DNA from: an uncultured Bacilli bacterium
GTDB taxonomy: Bacteria; Bacillota_I; Bacilli_A; RF39; UBA660
Assembly (NCBI GenBank): GCA_944372485.1
Contig: CALVZI010000009.1
Coordinates: 1 to 45,923, forward strand
Direction: 5' to 3'
DNA length: 45,923 bases
The position numbers were made by a program, and so were the translations under genes. How positions within the stretch are numbered: the first letter of the stretch is position 1; every line of letters starts with the position of its first letter. The notes beneath the pieces are model-generated. The model was not told where the DNA came from. It was given only the letters and a program-made list of their open reading frames with translations, and searched no databases. Below, piece after piece: positions 36,033 through 44,882 of the stretch.

Positions 36033-37238
36033 ATGAAACGAATTGTAATGCACATAGATGTTAATAATGCTTTCTTGTCATGGACTGCAATTGATTTACT
36101 TAATCATGGTAGTAAGTATGATATTAGAAATAGTTATGCAGTAATTGGTGGTGATGAAGAAGCTAGAAGGGGAATTGTTCTTGCTAAATCAATGCCAGCT
36201 AAAAAAATGGGCGTAGTAACAGCTGAAACTCTTTATAGTGCACGAAAAAAATGTCCTTCTTTAAGAGTTTATCCGCCAAACTATAAATGGTATCAATATA
36301 TGTCTAATAGTTTATTTGAACTGTTAAAAGAATATACCCCTGATATTGAAATAGTTTCTATTGATGAATGTTATTTAGAATATACTAATGTTATGAAATT
36401 GTATGGTGATCCAATTGAATTTGCTAAAAAGATTCAAAAAGAAATTAATGATACTTTAAAATTTACGGTAAACATTGGTATTGCAGAAAATAAGCTTTGT
36501 GCAAAAATGGCTTCAGATTTTTTAAAACCAAATAAAATACATACTTTATTTAGTAATGAAATAAAAGAAAAAATGTGGCCACTACCAATAAATAAGCTTT
36601 TTGGTATTGGTAAACAAACCAGTAAAAAATTAATTGCTATAAATATAAAAACAATTGCTGATTTAGCTAATGCTGATCCAAATTTTTTATATAAATATTT
36701 TAAAAATCAAACTTCTAGAATGATTGAAATTGCTAATGGAATAGATAATGGTCTAGTTGATTCAAGCGTCAGTGCACCTAAAGGAATAAGTAATTCAACA
36801 ACATTATCGCATGATGTTGTAAATCGTGAAGAATTAGAAAAAATAATAAGTGCAATAGTAGATAATGTTAGTTTAGCTCTTAGAAAAGAAAAAAAGTATG
36901 CAAATGTAGTAGGGGTTATGTTAAAAGATAATTTTTTTAAAACTTTTTCACATCAAAAAAAATTAAAAAATGCAACAGATATAACTATTGAAATTAAAAA
37001 AACTGCTTTAGAATTATTTAGAGAAATGTATCATGGTGAAGCAATTCGTTTAGTTGGTGTAAGATTGGATCAATTAACAGATACTACTATGCATCAAGTT
37101 TCTCTTTTTGAAAATATACAAGAAAGAGATGAAAATAAAAAATTGGATACAACAATTGATACATTAAAAAAACGATTTGGTAATGATATTATAAAAAATG
37201 GTATTCAAAAAGAAAGAAATATTAAAAGAAAATATTAA
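36033..37238 (+). CDS. dinB: DNA polymerase IV (Y-family, DinB-type)
   Basis: HIDVNNAFLSW, VSIDECYLEYT (Asp-Glu), IGIAENKLCAKMASD, LFGIGKQTSKKL (HhH), little-finger C-terminus; SOS box upstream. Confidence 0.85.
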   Translation: MKRIVMHIDVNNAFLSWTAIDLLNHGSKYDIRNSYAVIGGDEEARRGIVLAKSMPAKKMGVVTAETLYSARKKCPSLRVYPPNYKWYQYMSNSLFELLKEYTPDIEIVSIDECYLEYTNVMKLYGDPIEFAKKIQKEINDTLKFTVNIGIAENKLCAKMASDFLKPNKIHTLFSNEIKEKMWPLPINKLFGIGKQTSKKLIAINIKTIADLANADPNFLYKYFKNQTSRMIEIANGIDNGLVDSSVSAPKGISNSTTLSHDVVNREELEKIISAIVDNVSLALRKEKKYANVVGVMLKDNFFKTFSHQKKLKNATDITIEIKKTALELFREMYHGEAIRLVGVRLDQLTDTTMHQVSLFENIQERDENKKLDTTIDTLKKRFGNDIIKNGIQKERNIKRKY

Positions 37239-37272
37239 AATATGGTATAATATTAAAAAAGGTAAGGATGGT

Positions 37273-37746
37273 ATGAAAAAGAATAGTGTGAAAAATAAGA
37301 ATAAAAAAAATGACAAACTTGAAAAAATTAAAAATAATAAGACAATAATTGTAGTTGCAATTATTTTATTAGTAGTATTAGGTAGTGTAATTTACTATTT
37401 TACAAAAGATTTTACAAAAGAAATTACTTTAGATAACTATTTTGAATTACGTAATAAAGAATCGAATAGTTATATATTTATTTATGATGAGACAACAACA
37501 TCTGAAGAAATGTTAGAATTAGTAGAGAATGTAGCTAAAAAAGAACGTATAATGGTAAAAATTTTAGATTTTTCAAATATTAATAAAGCTGATACAGAAA
37601 AGTTTGCAAAGGCTGATGATTATACAAAAGCAGGGGTAATTATTCCAATGATTATGGATTTAGAAAATGGAAAAATTGATCGTTATGTTGCTGGTCATAT
37701 TAATGAAGAAGAATTAATAAAATTTATGGACATCAAGGAGAAGTAA
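37273..37746 (+). CDS. membrane-anchored protein, possibly a thioredoxin-like fold without CxxC
   Basis: Basic N-terminus, TM IIVVAIILLVVLGSVIYYF, then a pattern SYIFIYDETT...GVIIPMIMDLENGKI reminiscent of thioredoxin strands, but with no Cys pair. RBS AAGGATGG precedes ATG 37273. Confidence 0.45.
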   Translation: MKKNSVKNKNKKNDKLEKIKNNKTIIVVAIILLVVLGSVIYYFTKDFTKEITLDNYFELRNKESNSYIFIYDETTTSEEMLELVENVAKKERIMVKILDFSNINKADTEKFAKADDYTKAGVIIPMIMDLENGKIDRYVAGHINEEELIKFMDIKEK

Positions 37747-37747
37747 A

Positions 37748-39910
37748 ATGAATCAAAATATTATTTTAGAAATAAGTAAAAATTTAAATATAAAAGAAAA
37801 ACAAGTTGAAACAACATTAAAATTATTAGAAGAAGGGAATACAATCCCTTTTATTGCGCGTTATCGTAAAGAAGCGACAGGTAATTTAAATGAAGAACAA
37901 ATCAGAGAAATTAATGAAGTTTATATTTATCAAGTAAATTTATTAAAAAGAAAAGAAGATGTAATTAGATTAATTGATGAAAAAGGTTTAATGACTGATG
38001 AATTAAAAGCTAAGATTATGGCATCTAGTAAATTAGTTGAAGTAGAGGATTTATATAGACCATATAAAGAAAAGAAAAAAACAAAAGTTACGGAGGCTAT
38101 TGCTTTAGGATTAGAGCCACTTGCTAAAAAAATCATGTCATGTCCTACTAATGGTAATATTGATTTACTTGTTAAACCATATTTAAATGATAAAGTAAAA
38201 ACTAAAGAAGAAGCTTTAACTGGAGCTAAATATATTATTGCTGAATATATAAGTGATAATGCTTTTTATCGTAAATGGATAAGAAGACATACTTATTTTA
38301 ATAGTAATGTGGAATCAAAAAAGAAGAAAAGTGCTGTTGATGAACTTAAAACATATGAAATGTATTATGATTATGTAGAACCTTTAAAAACGATTAAATC
38401 ATATCGTATTCTTGCGATTAATCGTGGGGAAAAGGAAAAAGTTTTAACTGTATCACTTAAGTTAGATGAACAAGAAGTCATTAATTTCTTAGAAGAAAAA
38501 GTAATTAAGAATAAAGAATCTTTTACTAAAGAATATATTGTAGATGCAATTAAAGATAGTTATAAACGTTTAATTAAACCTAGTATTGAAAGAGAATTAC
38601 GTGCCGAAGCTACAGAAAAAGCAGAAGAGGTTGCTATTGCTAATTTTGGACTAAATTTAGAAAAACTATTAATGCAACCACCAATGAAAGATAAAGTAGT
38701 ATTAGGCTTTGATCCAGCGTATCGTACAGGTTGTAAATTAGCGGTTATTGATGAAACGGGAAAACCAGAAAAAATAACAGTTATTTATCCACATGAACCT
38801 AAGAATCAATATGAAGAAAGTAAAAAAGAATTATTAAGATTAATTGATGAATATAAAATAGATATTATAGCTATTGGAAATGGTACTGCATCACGTGAAA
38901 GTGAAGCTTTAGTTGCTGATGTAATAAATAGTTGTAAAACAAGAAAAGTTGAATATATCATTGTAAATGAAGCCGGTGCTAGTGTGTATTCAGCCTCTAA
39001 ATTAGCAATTTCTGAATTTCCAGATTTACATGTTGAAGAACGTAGTGCTATAAGTATTGGAAGAAGATTACAAGATCCATTATCAGAACTTGTTAAAATT
39101 GATCCACAAAGTATTGGAGTAGGACTATATCAACATGACGTTTCTAATAAAAGATTAACTGAGTCTTTAGACTTTGTTGTTAGTAAATCTGTAAACCAAG
39201 TAGGTGTTAATATTAATACTGCTAGTGCATCACTTTTAAAATATGTTTCTGGTTTAACTAAAAAGAATATTGATAAAATATTAGAATATCGTAATAAATT
39301 TGGGAAAATAACTAATCGTGAAGAAATAAAAAAGAAAAAGATTTTAAGTGATAAAACTTATACGCAAGCAATTGGTTTCTTGCGAATACCAGATGCTGTT
39401 AATATTTTAGATAGAACAGGTATTCACCCTGAAAGTTATGATATTACTAATAATTTATTAAAAGCTTTAGATAGTAATTTAGCTATGATTGGAACAAAAG
39501 AATTAAATGAAAAATTAGAAAATTTAGATATAAATAAATATGTAGATATTTTAAAAACTGATTATTATACATTAGAAGATATTGTTAAAACATTATTAAA
39601 ACCAAATCGCGATCCACGTGATGATATGCCAAAACCATTACTAAAAAAAGATATTTTAAAACTTGAAGATTTAAAAGTAGGGATGAAGCTACAAGGAACA
39701 GTTAGAAATGTTGTTGATTTTGGAGCATTTATTGATATTGGTATTAAAAATGATGGCTTAGTTCATATATCTAAAATAACTGATAAATATATAAAACATC
39801 CAAAAGAAGTATTAAATGTAGGTGATATTGTTGATTGTTATGTTGATGAAATTAACTTAGAAAAGAAAAAAGTTTCATTATCTTTGCTAGAACCAAAAGG
39901 ACAAAATTGA
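37748..39910 (+). CDS. tex: Tex-like transcription accessory protein (YqgF/HhH/S1 domains)
   Basis: IPFIARYRKEATG, GFDPAYRTGCKLAVID (YqgF-like), GVGLYQHDV, VNINTAS (HhH), C-terminal S1 domain GTVRNVVDFGAFIDIG...GLVHISK. Confidence 0.9.
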   Translation: MNQNIILEISKNLNIKEKQVETTLKLLEEGNTIPFIARYRKEATGNLNEEQIREINEVYIYQVNLLKRKEDVIRLIDEKGLMTDELKAKIMASSKLVEVEDLYRPYKEKKKTKVTEAIALGLEPLAKKIMSCPTNGNIDLLVKPYLNDKVKTKEEALTGAKYIIAEYISDNAFYRKWIRRHTYFNSNVESKKKKSAVDELKTYEMYYDYVEPLKTIKSYRILAINRGEKEKVLTVSLKLDEQEVINFLEEKVIKNKESFTKEYIVDAIKDSYKRLIKPSIERELRAEATEKAEEVAIANFGLNLEKLLMQPPMKDKVVLGFDPAYRTGCKLAVIDETGKPEKITVIYPHEPKNQYEESKKELLRLIDEYKIDIIAIGNGTASRESEALVADVINSCKTRKVEYIIVNEAGASVYSASKLAISEFPDLHVEERSAISIGRRLQDPLSELVKIDPQSIGVGLYQHDVSNKRLTESLDFVVSKSVNQVGVNINTASASLLKYVSGLTKKNIDKILEYRNKFGKITNREEIKKKKILSDKTYTQAIGFLRIPDAVNILDRTGIHPESYDITNNLLKALDSNLAMIGTKELNEKLENLDINKYVDILKTDYYTLEDIVKTLLKPNRDPRDDMPKPLLKKDILKLEDLKVGMKLQGTVRNVVDFGAFIDIGIKNDGLVHISKITDKYIKHPKEVLNVGDIVDCYVDEINLEKKKVSLSLLEPKGQN

Positions 39911-40093
39911 TTGTTCTTTTTCTTTCATATTTTTTTCATTAAATTATCACAACTGTGAAGTATACTTAATATGTAGAAAGGAAAGGTGATGTCAAGAGTC
40001 AACTTAAAAGTACAACAAGATGTAATAAAAGAATATAAATATATATAAACACTCCTACATAAAAAGAAAGGAAGATCTCATATGCCTTCAAAA

Positions 40094-40131
40094 GGAAATC
40101 CTAGTACTACGGTATGGGATTCCTTTTTTTT
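40094..40131 (+). terminator. plus-strand rho-independent terminator 185 nt downstream of tex
   Basis: GGAAATCC(TA) ... (TA)TGGGATTCC stem with one bulge, followed by T8 (40124-40131). Confidence 0.55.
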
Positions 40132-40142
40132 GTAATTTTTTG

Positions 40143-40171
40143 TAAAAAAAAAACAAATGCATTAAGCATTT
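40143..40171 (-). terminator. rho-independent terminator of rpmB
   Basis: CAAATGC-ATTAA-GCATTTG (40153-40171) overlaps the stop codon; the minus-strand RNA is followed by U10. Confidence 0.65.
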
Positions 40172-40338
40172 GCACGTTTTTTCATAGTTCTAATTTCTCT
40201 TGCACTAAGTCTAACGATAGAACCATCTTCTAATTTAACATTTTGTAAGTTTAATCCTTGTTTTTTACGAGTAGCATTTAATGCATGAGATCTATTATTT
40301 CCAAATAATGGTTTTCTTCCTGTAGCTTTTTTTGCCAT
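40162..40338 (-). CDS. rpmB: 50S ribosomal protein L28 (58 aa; not in the ORF track)
   Basis: Reverse strand MAKKATGRKPLFGNNRSHALNATRKKQGLNLQNVKLEDGSIVRLSAREIRTMKKRANA is the L28 signature G-N-x-x-S-H-A-x-N-x-T-x-R. RBS AAGGAGGG. Confidence 0.9.
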   Translation of the reverse strand: MAKKATGRKPLFGNNRSHALNATRKKQGLNLQNVKLEDGSIVRLSAREIRTMKKRANA

Positions 40339-40403
40339 AATAACCCTCCTTCTAAAGTTTCCACGCCTTTTAACTTTACCATAAAATCGTTAATAAGTCA
40401 ATA

Positions 40404-41270
40404 TTAATCATATAATTCGTTCTTTAATAGCTCAATATTTTCATTCATAATAGAAATATAATCACTTTTTGCAGTTCTTTCTTCTTCGCTTAAATTATAT
40501 AAATTGTGAATTGATAATAACTCAACTCCATAAGTATCAACTATATCTTGAACTGTCTGATTAACTTCTTCATTTTGATCAGTAAATATATAATTAATTT
40601 CACCATTTTCAATTAAATTTTTAACATCATAAATAGTCTTTTCAGTTAAATTATCATTTTCTTCAAGAGAAATAACTGTAATATTATATTTTTCTAAAAA
40701 TTTGAATAGATCATTTGAAACTACAATAGTTGGATTGTTACTACTTTCACTTAATAATTTTAGTTTAGCATCTATATTAGAAATATCAATTTTCAAACTA
40801 TCATAATTTTCTTTTATATTGTTTTTTAAATAATGATTACTAATATATTCTAATAATCCATTTTTAATATTTTGTGAAAGCATTAAGAAATTTGATGGAT
40901 CAAGCCATAATTCTTCAATATTATTAGTATATTCCATTGTTAAAGTTGAATCAATAATCTTCATATTTTTATTATTTTTAAGCATTGGAGCAACATATTC
41001 TTTTTCCTCACTTAATCCATTAAATATAAATAAACTAGCTTTACTATAATCTTTTATTTGTTTATCTGTTAATTTATACTTAGTAGGATCAGAACCATCT
41101 GGATATATACTATAAATTGTACTGTGTTCACCATATAAACGATTTGTAATATATTCAAATGGGTAAACAGTTGTATATATTGTAATATCTTCCAAATTAT
41201 CTCTTTTTAAACAACCACTAACATTTAGTGAAATTAAACATAAAAAACATATAACAAAAATTTTTTTCAT
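40404..41270 (-). CDS. ZnuA/PsaA/TroA-fold (cluster A-I) substrate-binding lipoprotein with substituted metal-ligand positions; orphan
   Basis: [20 protein letters not shown] lipobox. Blocks [17 protein letters not shown] and [15 protein letters not shown] are collinear with the G-x-DPH-x-YEP, DPH-x-WLdp-N and t-s-H/E-x-AF-x-Y blocks of the family. ATGA overlap with the yidD stop supports ATG 41270. Confidence 0.6.
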   Translation of the reverse strand: MKKIFVICFLCLISLNVSGCLKRDNLEDITIYTTVYPFEYITNRLYGEHSTIYSIYPDGSDPTKYKLTDKQIKDYSKASLFIFNGLSEEKEYVAPMLKNNKNMKIIDSTLTMEYTNNIEELWLDPSNFLMLSQNIKNGLLEYISNHYLKNNIKENYDSLKIDISNIDAKLKLLSESSNNPTIVVSNDLFKFLEKYNITVISLEENDNLTEKTIYDVKNLIENGEINYIFTDQNEEVNQTVQDIVDTYGVELLSIHNLYNLSEEERTAKSDYISIMNENIELLKNELYD

Positions 41271-41491
41271 TTCCATTCTCCTTTTTTTGGTACGGGATCA
41301 TAACCACTAGGCCCCCATGGATTACATTTTAATATTCTTTTAATTCCCAAAAACATTCCTTTTAAAACTCCATGAATTTCAATTGCTTCAATCATATAAT
41401 TTGAGCAAGTTGGTGTGAAGCGACATGCTAAATGCCATGGACCAGGTATTTTTTGGTAAAATTTTATAATACTTATAAACATTTTCTTCAT
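41267..41491 (-). CDS. yidD: membrane protein insertion efficiency factor YidD
   Basis: IKFYQK...[19 protein letters not shown]...G..L...[15 protein letters not shown] is the YidD signature. Confidence 0.9.
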   Translation of the reverse strand: MKKMFISIIKFYQKIPGPWHLACRFTPTCSNYMIEAIEIHGVLKGMFLGIKRILKCNPWGPSGYDPVPKKGEWK

Positions 41492-41592
41492 ATAATCACA
41501 TTAATATTATACTAGAATATCGCTTTAATGTAAATGGCAGTTTTAAACTTTTATAAAGTGTGGTAAAATATATATGGCAAAGGAGGTGAAAC

Positions 41593-42258
41593 ATGGAAGA
41601 ATTATTAAAAAAGTTGAAAATTAACACAACTAATTATAAATTATATGAACAAGCTTTAACTCATACTTCTTATGCAAATGAGAATAGAGTAGAAAGTTAT
41701 GAACGTTTAGAGTATTTAGGAGATGCTGTATTAGAACTTATTATGAGTGAATATTTGTATAAAAATACTAATGAAGTTGAAGGTGTTATGACAAAGCTTC
41801 GCTCACATTATGTATGTGAAAATGCTTTGTATGAGTATTCACTTAGACTAGGTTATAATAATTATTTAAGATTAGGACATGGCGAAGAAGAAAGTGGCGG
41901 TAAATTTCGTAAGACAATTGTTGCCGATATTTTTGAATCTATGTTAGGAGCTATGTATTTAGATCAAGGAATAGATTTCGTACAAAATTTTATGAAAGAA
42001 AATATTATTCCAATTATTGAAAATGAAACATTAGACTTTTTTGACGATTATAAATCTAAATTACAAGAATTAGTTCAAACAGATAAAAAAAGTTTAGAAT
42101 ACGAATTAGTAGATGAAGAAGGACCAGCTCACGATAAGAAATTTACTGTTGTTGTAAAAATTAATGATGTTGTGTATGGTAAAGGTAGTGCACATAGTAA
42201 AAAAGAAGCTGAACAAGTTGCAGCCCGTGATGCAATTAATAGAAGTGTAGGGGATTAA
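41593..42258 (+). CDS. rnc: ribonuclease III
   Basis: ALTHTSYANE...ERLEYLGDAVLELIMSEYLY (signature), ADIFESMLGAMYLD, C-terminal dsRBD KSKLQELVQ...GPAHDKKF...GSAHSKKEAEQVAA. Confidence 0.95.
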   Translation: MEELLKKLKINTTNYKLYEQALTHTSYANENRVESYERLEYLGDAVLELIMSEYLYKNTNEVEGVMTKLRSHYVCENALYEYSLRLGYNNYLRLGHGEEESGGKFRKTIVADIFESMLGAMYLDQGIDFVQNFMKENIIPIIENETLDFFDDYKSKLQELVQTDKKSLEYELVDEEGPAHDKKFTVVVKINDVVYGKGSAHSKKEAEQVAARDAINRSVGD

Positions 42259-42259
42259 C

Positions 42260-43384
42260 ATGAATATAAAAGAAATATTTTTAAATGAAATTGTTCCAAA
42301 TGCACATAAAGGAAGAATTAAAATTATTCAAAATAATCCTTATTTAGGAGAAGAAGAATTCTTCTATAATATTAAATATTGTTCTAACTTAGATAATAGT
42401 AAAGATATTGATAATCAAGTACCATATTTAAAAGTTAATAATAGTAATTTGTTTTTTAAACTTCTAGAAGATTATGTTTATTTGACTCTTGAAAAATATG
42501 AAAAACCAAGTGATATTACAAATGATGAATATATTAAAAAAATATTAGCGTTAGCTTTTAACAATGCTACTTATAATGATTTTTTATATCCAGAAGAATA
42601 TTTAAAAACACGAATTAACTTTTTAAAAGAAAATTATGAAGATAGTGAAAAAAATTTATGTTCAAATGTTAAATTATTAAATAATTCTTCAATTTACTAT
42701 AGAATAACTAAACAATCTTTAATGTTAGAAACACCATATAAATGTCAATTTAGAATAAGTGATGAAAACAATAATTATTTTTCACCATCTATTTCCTTTG
42801 GAATAAGTGATGAATGTTGTTATATTTATGCATTACAAAATCATAAAAGTGAAACTAACAACTATTTTGAATCAATTAATCAAATAATAAAGGAAAATTT
42901 AAAAAATGATTATATTATAAATAAAGAAAATTTATCCCCTTATTTTAAGAAAAGTATGCGTAATGTTTCTCCAAATTTTATTTTTTTCTTATATCTATTT
43001 ATTTTAAAATTAAAACAAATGGGAGTTGAAAAAATAAAAATAATTCCATTTTTGCCAGTTAGGTATTATGGAAAAGAAAAGTCTAATGAATTTAAGGCAA
43101 ATGTTTTAGGAAAGAATGAAGAAGAAAAAAAAGATATTTTAATGAAATTAAATAATGAACAAAAGAAAATACAATTAAACTTAACAAATAAATTTGTTAA
43201 TAATATTCAAAAGTTAGAATGTTTAACGGAAATGGTAGATTGTGATTTTGAAGAAATGTTATATGTTGGTGGTTGGGCTAATTTAAAAATAAAAGATAAT
43301 ACATTTATTTTGAGTCCTTTATTAAAAGAATTAAATGAAATTAGTTTAGTACAAGAAAAAAACTTGTCAAATTTAGGAAAATAA
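42260..43384 (+). CDS. hypothetical protein (374 aa) translationally coupled to rnc
   Basis: ATG lies 1 nt after the rnc stop with RBS AGGGGA inside the rnc 3' end. No motif recognised; one hydrophobic stretch FIFFLYLFILKL. Confidence 0.6.
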   Translation: MNIKEIFLNEIVPNAHKGRIKIIQNNPYLGEEEFFYNIKYCSNLDNSKDIDNQVPYLKVNNSNLFFKLLEDYVYLTLEKYEKPSDITNDEYIKKILALAFNNATYNDFLYPEEYLKTRINFLKENYEDSEKNLCSNVKLLNNSSIYYRITKQSLMLETPYKCQFRISDENNNYFSPSISFGISDECCYIYALQNHKSETNNYFESINQIIKENLKNDYIINKENLSPYFKKSMRNVSPNFIFFLYLFILKLKQMGVEKIKIIPFLPVRYYGKEKSNEFKANVLGKNEEEKKDILMKLNNEQKKIQLNLTNKFVNNIQKLECLTEMVDCDFEEMLYVGGWANLKIKDNTFILSPLLKELNEISLVQEKNLSNLGK

Positions 43385-43414
43385 AGTAAAATATAAAAGC
43401 GAAAGGAAGATAAT

Positions 43415-44131
43415 ATGGGAAGAGCATATGAAGTAAGAAAAGCTAGTATTCAAAAAACTGGAGCAGCTAAATCAAAATTATATTCAATGTATGCAAGAGA
43501 AATATATCAAGCTGCTAAAACTGGTGGTGTTGAACTTGAAAGTAATGCTAGTTTAAAAAGATTAGTAGAAAGAGCAAAAAAAGAACAAGTTCCAAGTGAT
43601 ATTATTAAAAGAGCAATTGATAAAGTAAATAATGGTGCTGATGAAAGCTATGTAGAAGCACGTTATGAATTATTTGGACCAGCTGGTTCAACTGTAATTG
43701 TTGATTGCTTAACTGATAATGTAAATCGTAGTGTAAGTAGTATTAGAGCAGTTTTAAATAAGTGTCATGTTAAAATGGGAGCTATTGGAAGTGTTGCTTA
43801 TCAATATGATCATTTATGTATAGTTGGTTTTAAAGGGTTAAGTGAAGAAGAAGCTTTAGAACAAATGATTATGGCTGATATTGATATTGATGATGTTGAA
43901 ACAAATAATGGACTTACTGTTATTTATGGTAATCCAAAAGATTTATTTGATATTAAAAATGCTATTAGTAATGTTTTACCAAATGTAGAATTTGAAATGG
44001 ATGAAATTACAATGATTCCAAAAGACACAATTACACTTACTGGTGAAGATTTAGAAGTATTTAAGAAGTTAGTAACTATGCTAGAAGATGTTGAAGATGT
44101 ACAACATGTATATCACAATGTTAACTTATAG
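43415..44131 (+). CDS. yebC: YebC/PmpR family DNA-binding transcriptional regulator
   Basis: MGRAYEVRKASIQKTGAAKSKLYS...IKRAIDK...YELFGPAGSTVIVDCLTDN.NR are the family blocks. Confidence 0.9.
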   Translation: MGRAYEVRKASIQKTGAAKSKLYSMYAREIYQAAKTGGVELESNASLKRLVERAKKEQVPSDIIKRAIDKVNNGADESYVEARYELFGPAGSTVIVDCLTDNVNRSVSSIRAVLNKCHVKMGAIGSVAYQYDHLCIVGFKGLSEEEALEQMIMADIDIDDVETNNGLTVIYGNPKDLFDIKNAISNVLPNVEFEMDEITMIPKDTITLTGEDLEVFKKLVTMLEDVEDVQHVYHNVNL

Positions 44132-44194
44132 AAGTTATAACTTCTTTTTGTTTACAAATTGAAAATAAATGTTATAATTATATTAGGTGATGCT

Positions 44195-44596
44195 ATGGAA
44201 CGTGGTTTTACACTTGTTGAACTTTTAGCTGTAATAGTTGTAATTGCTTTAATTAGTATAATTGCTTTTCCGTCAGTTTTAAATCAATTTACTAAATCAA
44301 AAGGATCAATGAATAATACAGCAAAAGAAACTTATATTAATGCAACAGAATTATATTTAGATAATAATGTAAATTTACAACAATATGTTGTTGATACAAA
44401 AATATGTGTTTCATTTGATGTTTTAGTTGATAATGGTAATTTAAAAGAACCAATTAAAAATTTAGAAACAGGTCGTAATATGGATCTTGCTACAAATGGG
44501 GTTCAAGTAACTTATCATGCTGATACTAAAGTTATTAATGAAGGTGTTGTTGGAGGATTAACTAGTTTAGATTGTGATGTAAAAATTACAAACTAA
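44195..44596 (+). CDS. type IV pilin / ComGC-like pseudopilin with prepilin N-terminal cleavage-methylation motif; orphan
   Basis: MERG/FTLVELLAVIVVIALISIIAFPS shows G-1, F+1, E+5 and a hydrophobic helix. Two Cys lie in the C-terminal half. RBS AGGTGA precedes ATG 44195. Confidence 0.75.
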   Translation: MERGFTLVELLAVIVVIALISIIAFPSVLNQFTKSKGSMNNTAKETYINATELYLDNNVNLQQYVVDTKICVSFDVLVDNGNLKEPIKNLETGRNMDLATNGVQVTYHADTKVINEGVVGGLTSLDCDVKITN

Positions 44597-44622
44597 AAAA
44601 GGAGAACTAAGTCTCCTTTTTT
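44597..44622 (+). terminator. rho-independent terminator of the pilin-like gene
   Basis: AAAAGGAGA-ACTAAG-TCTCCTTTT followed by TT. Confidence 0.65.
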
Positions 44623-44628
44623 GTATTG

Positions 44629-44825
44629 TTCTCTCAACATTATGGTTGATAGACATTTAGGGCAATCAGTAACCAAATATAATTTGAGAGAGATGTTTTA
44701 AAGTTTTTTTAACAATATCAATTGTAAGAGGTACAAAGGTTTTAACAATATAACCATAATTAATATTATAAATCAAGAAAACAAAATAATATTCGTTACT
44801 ATATCTATCAACCATGATAATTATA
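44629..44825. repeat. repeat-rich non-coding spacer (inverted and direct repeats, nested hairpin)
   Basis: ATGGTTGATAGA (44642-44653) and its perfect reverse complement TCTATCAACCAT (44804-44815). AACCATRAT motif three times (44639-44647 inverted, 44752-44760, 44810-44818). TTTAACAATAT twice (44708-44718, 44741-44751). TCTCTCAA / TTGAGAGA stem (44630-44637 / 44684-44691). Confidence 0.5.
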
Positions 44826-44882
44826 TCATATTTTTTGTTGTTGATATAATTTTAGCACAAAATTTGTCAAAATAACTACAAT

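Noticed and set aside
37198-37272. N-terminal 25-codon extension of the 37198-37746 ORF
   Set aside because: It overlaps the dinB 3' end. ATG 37273 has the RBS AAGGATGG and begins a typical basic-then-TM N-terminus.
37930-38136. 68-aa minus-strand ORF
   Set aside because: Antisense inside tex.
39930-40093. Riboswitch or ribosomal-protein leader in the tex-rpmB spacer
   Set aside because: The terminator is plus-strand oriented while rpmB is on the minus strand with its leader on the other side (40339-40403). No conserved riboswitch core motif was recognised. Retained only as a candidate small transcript.
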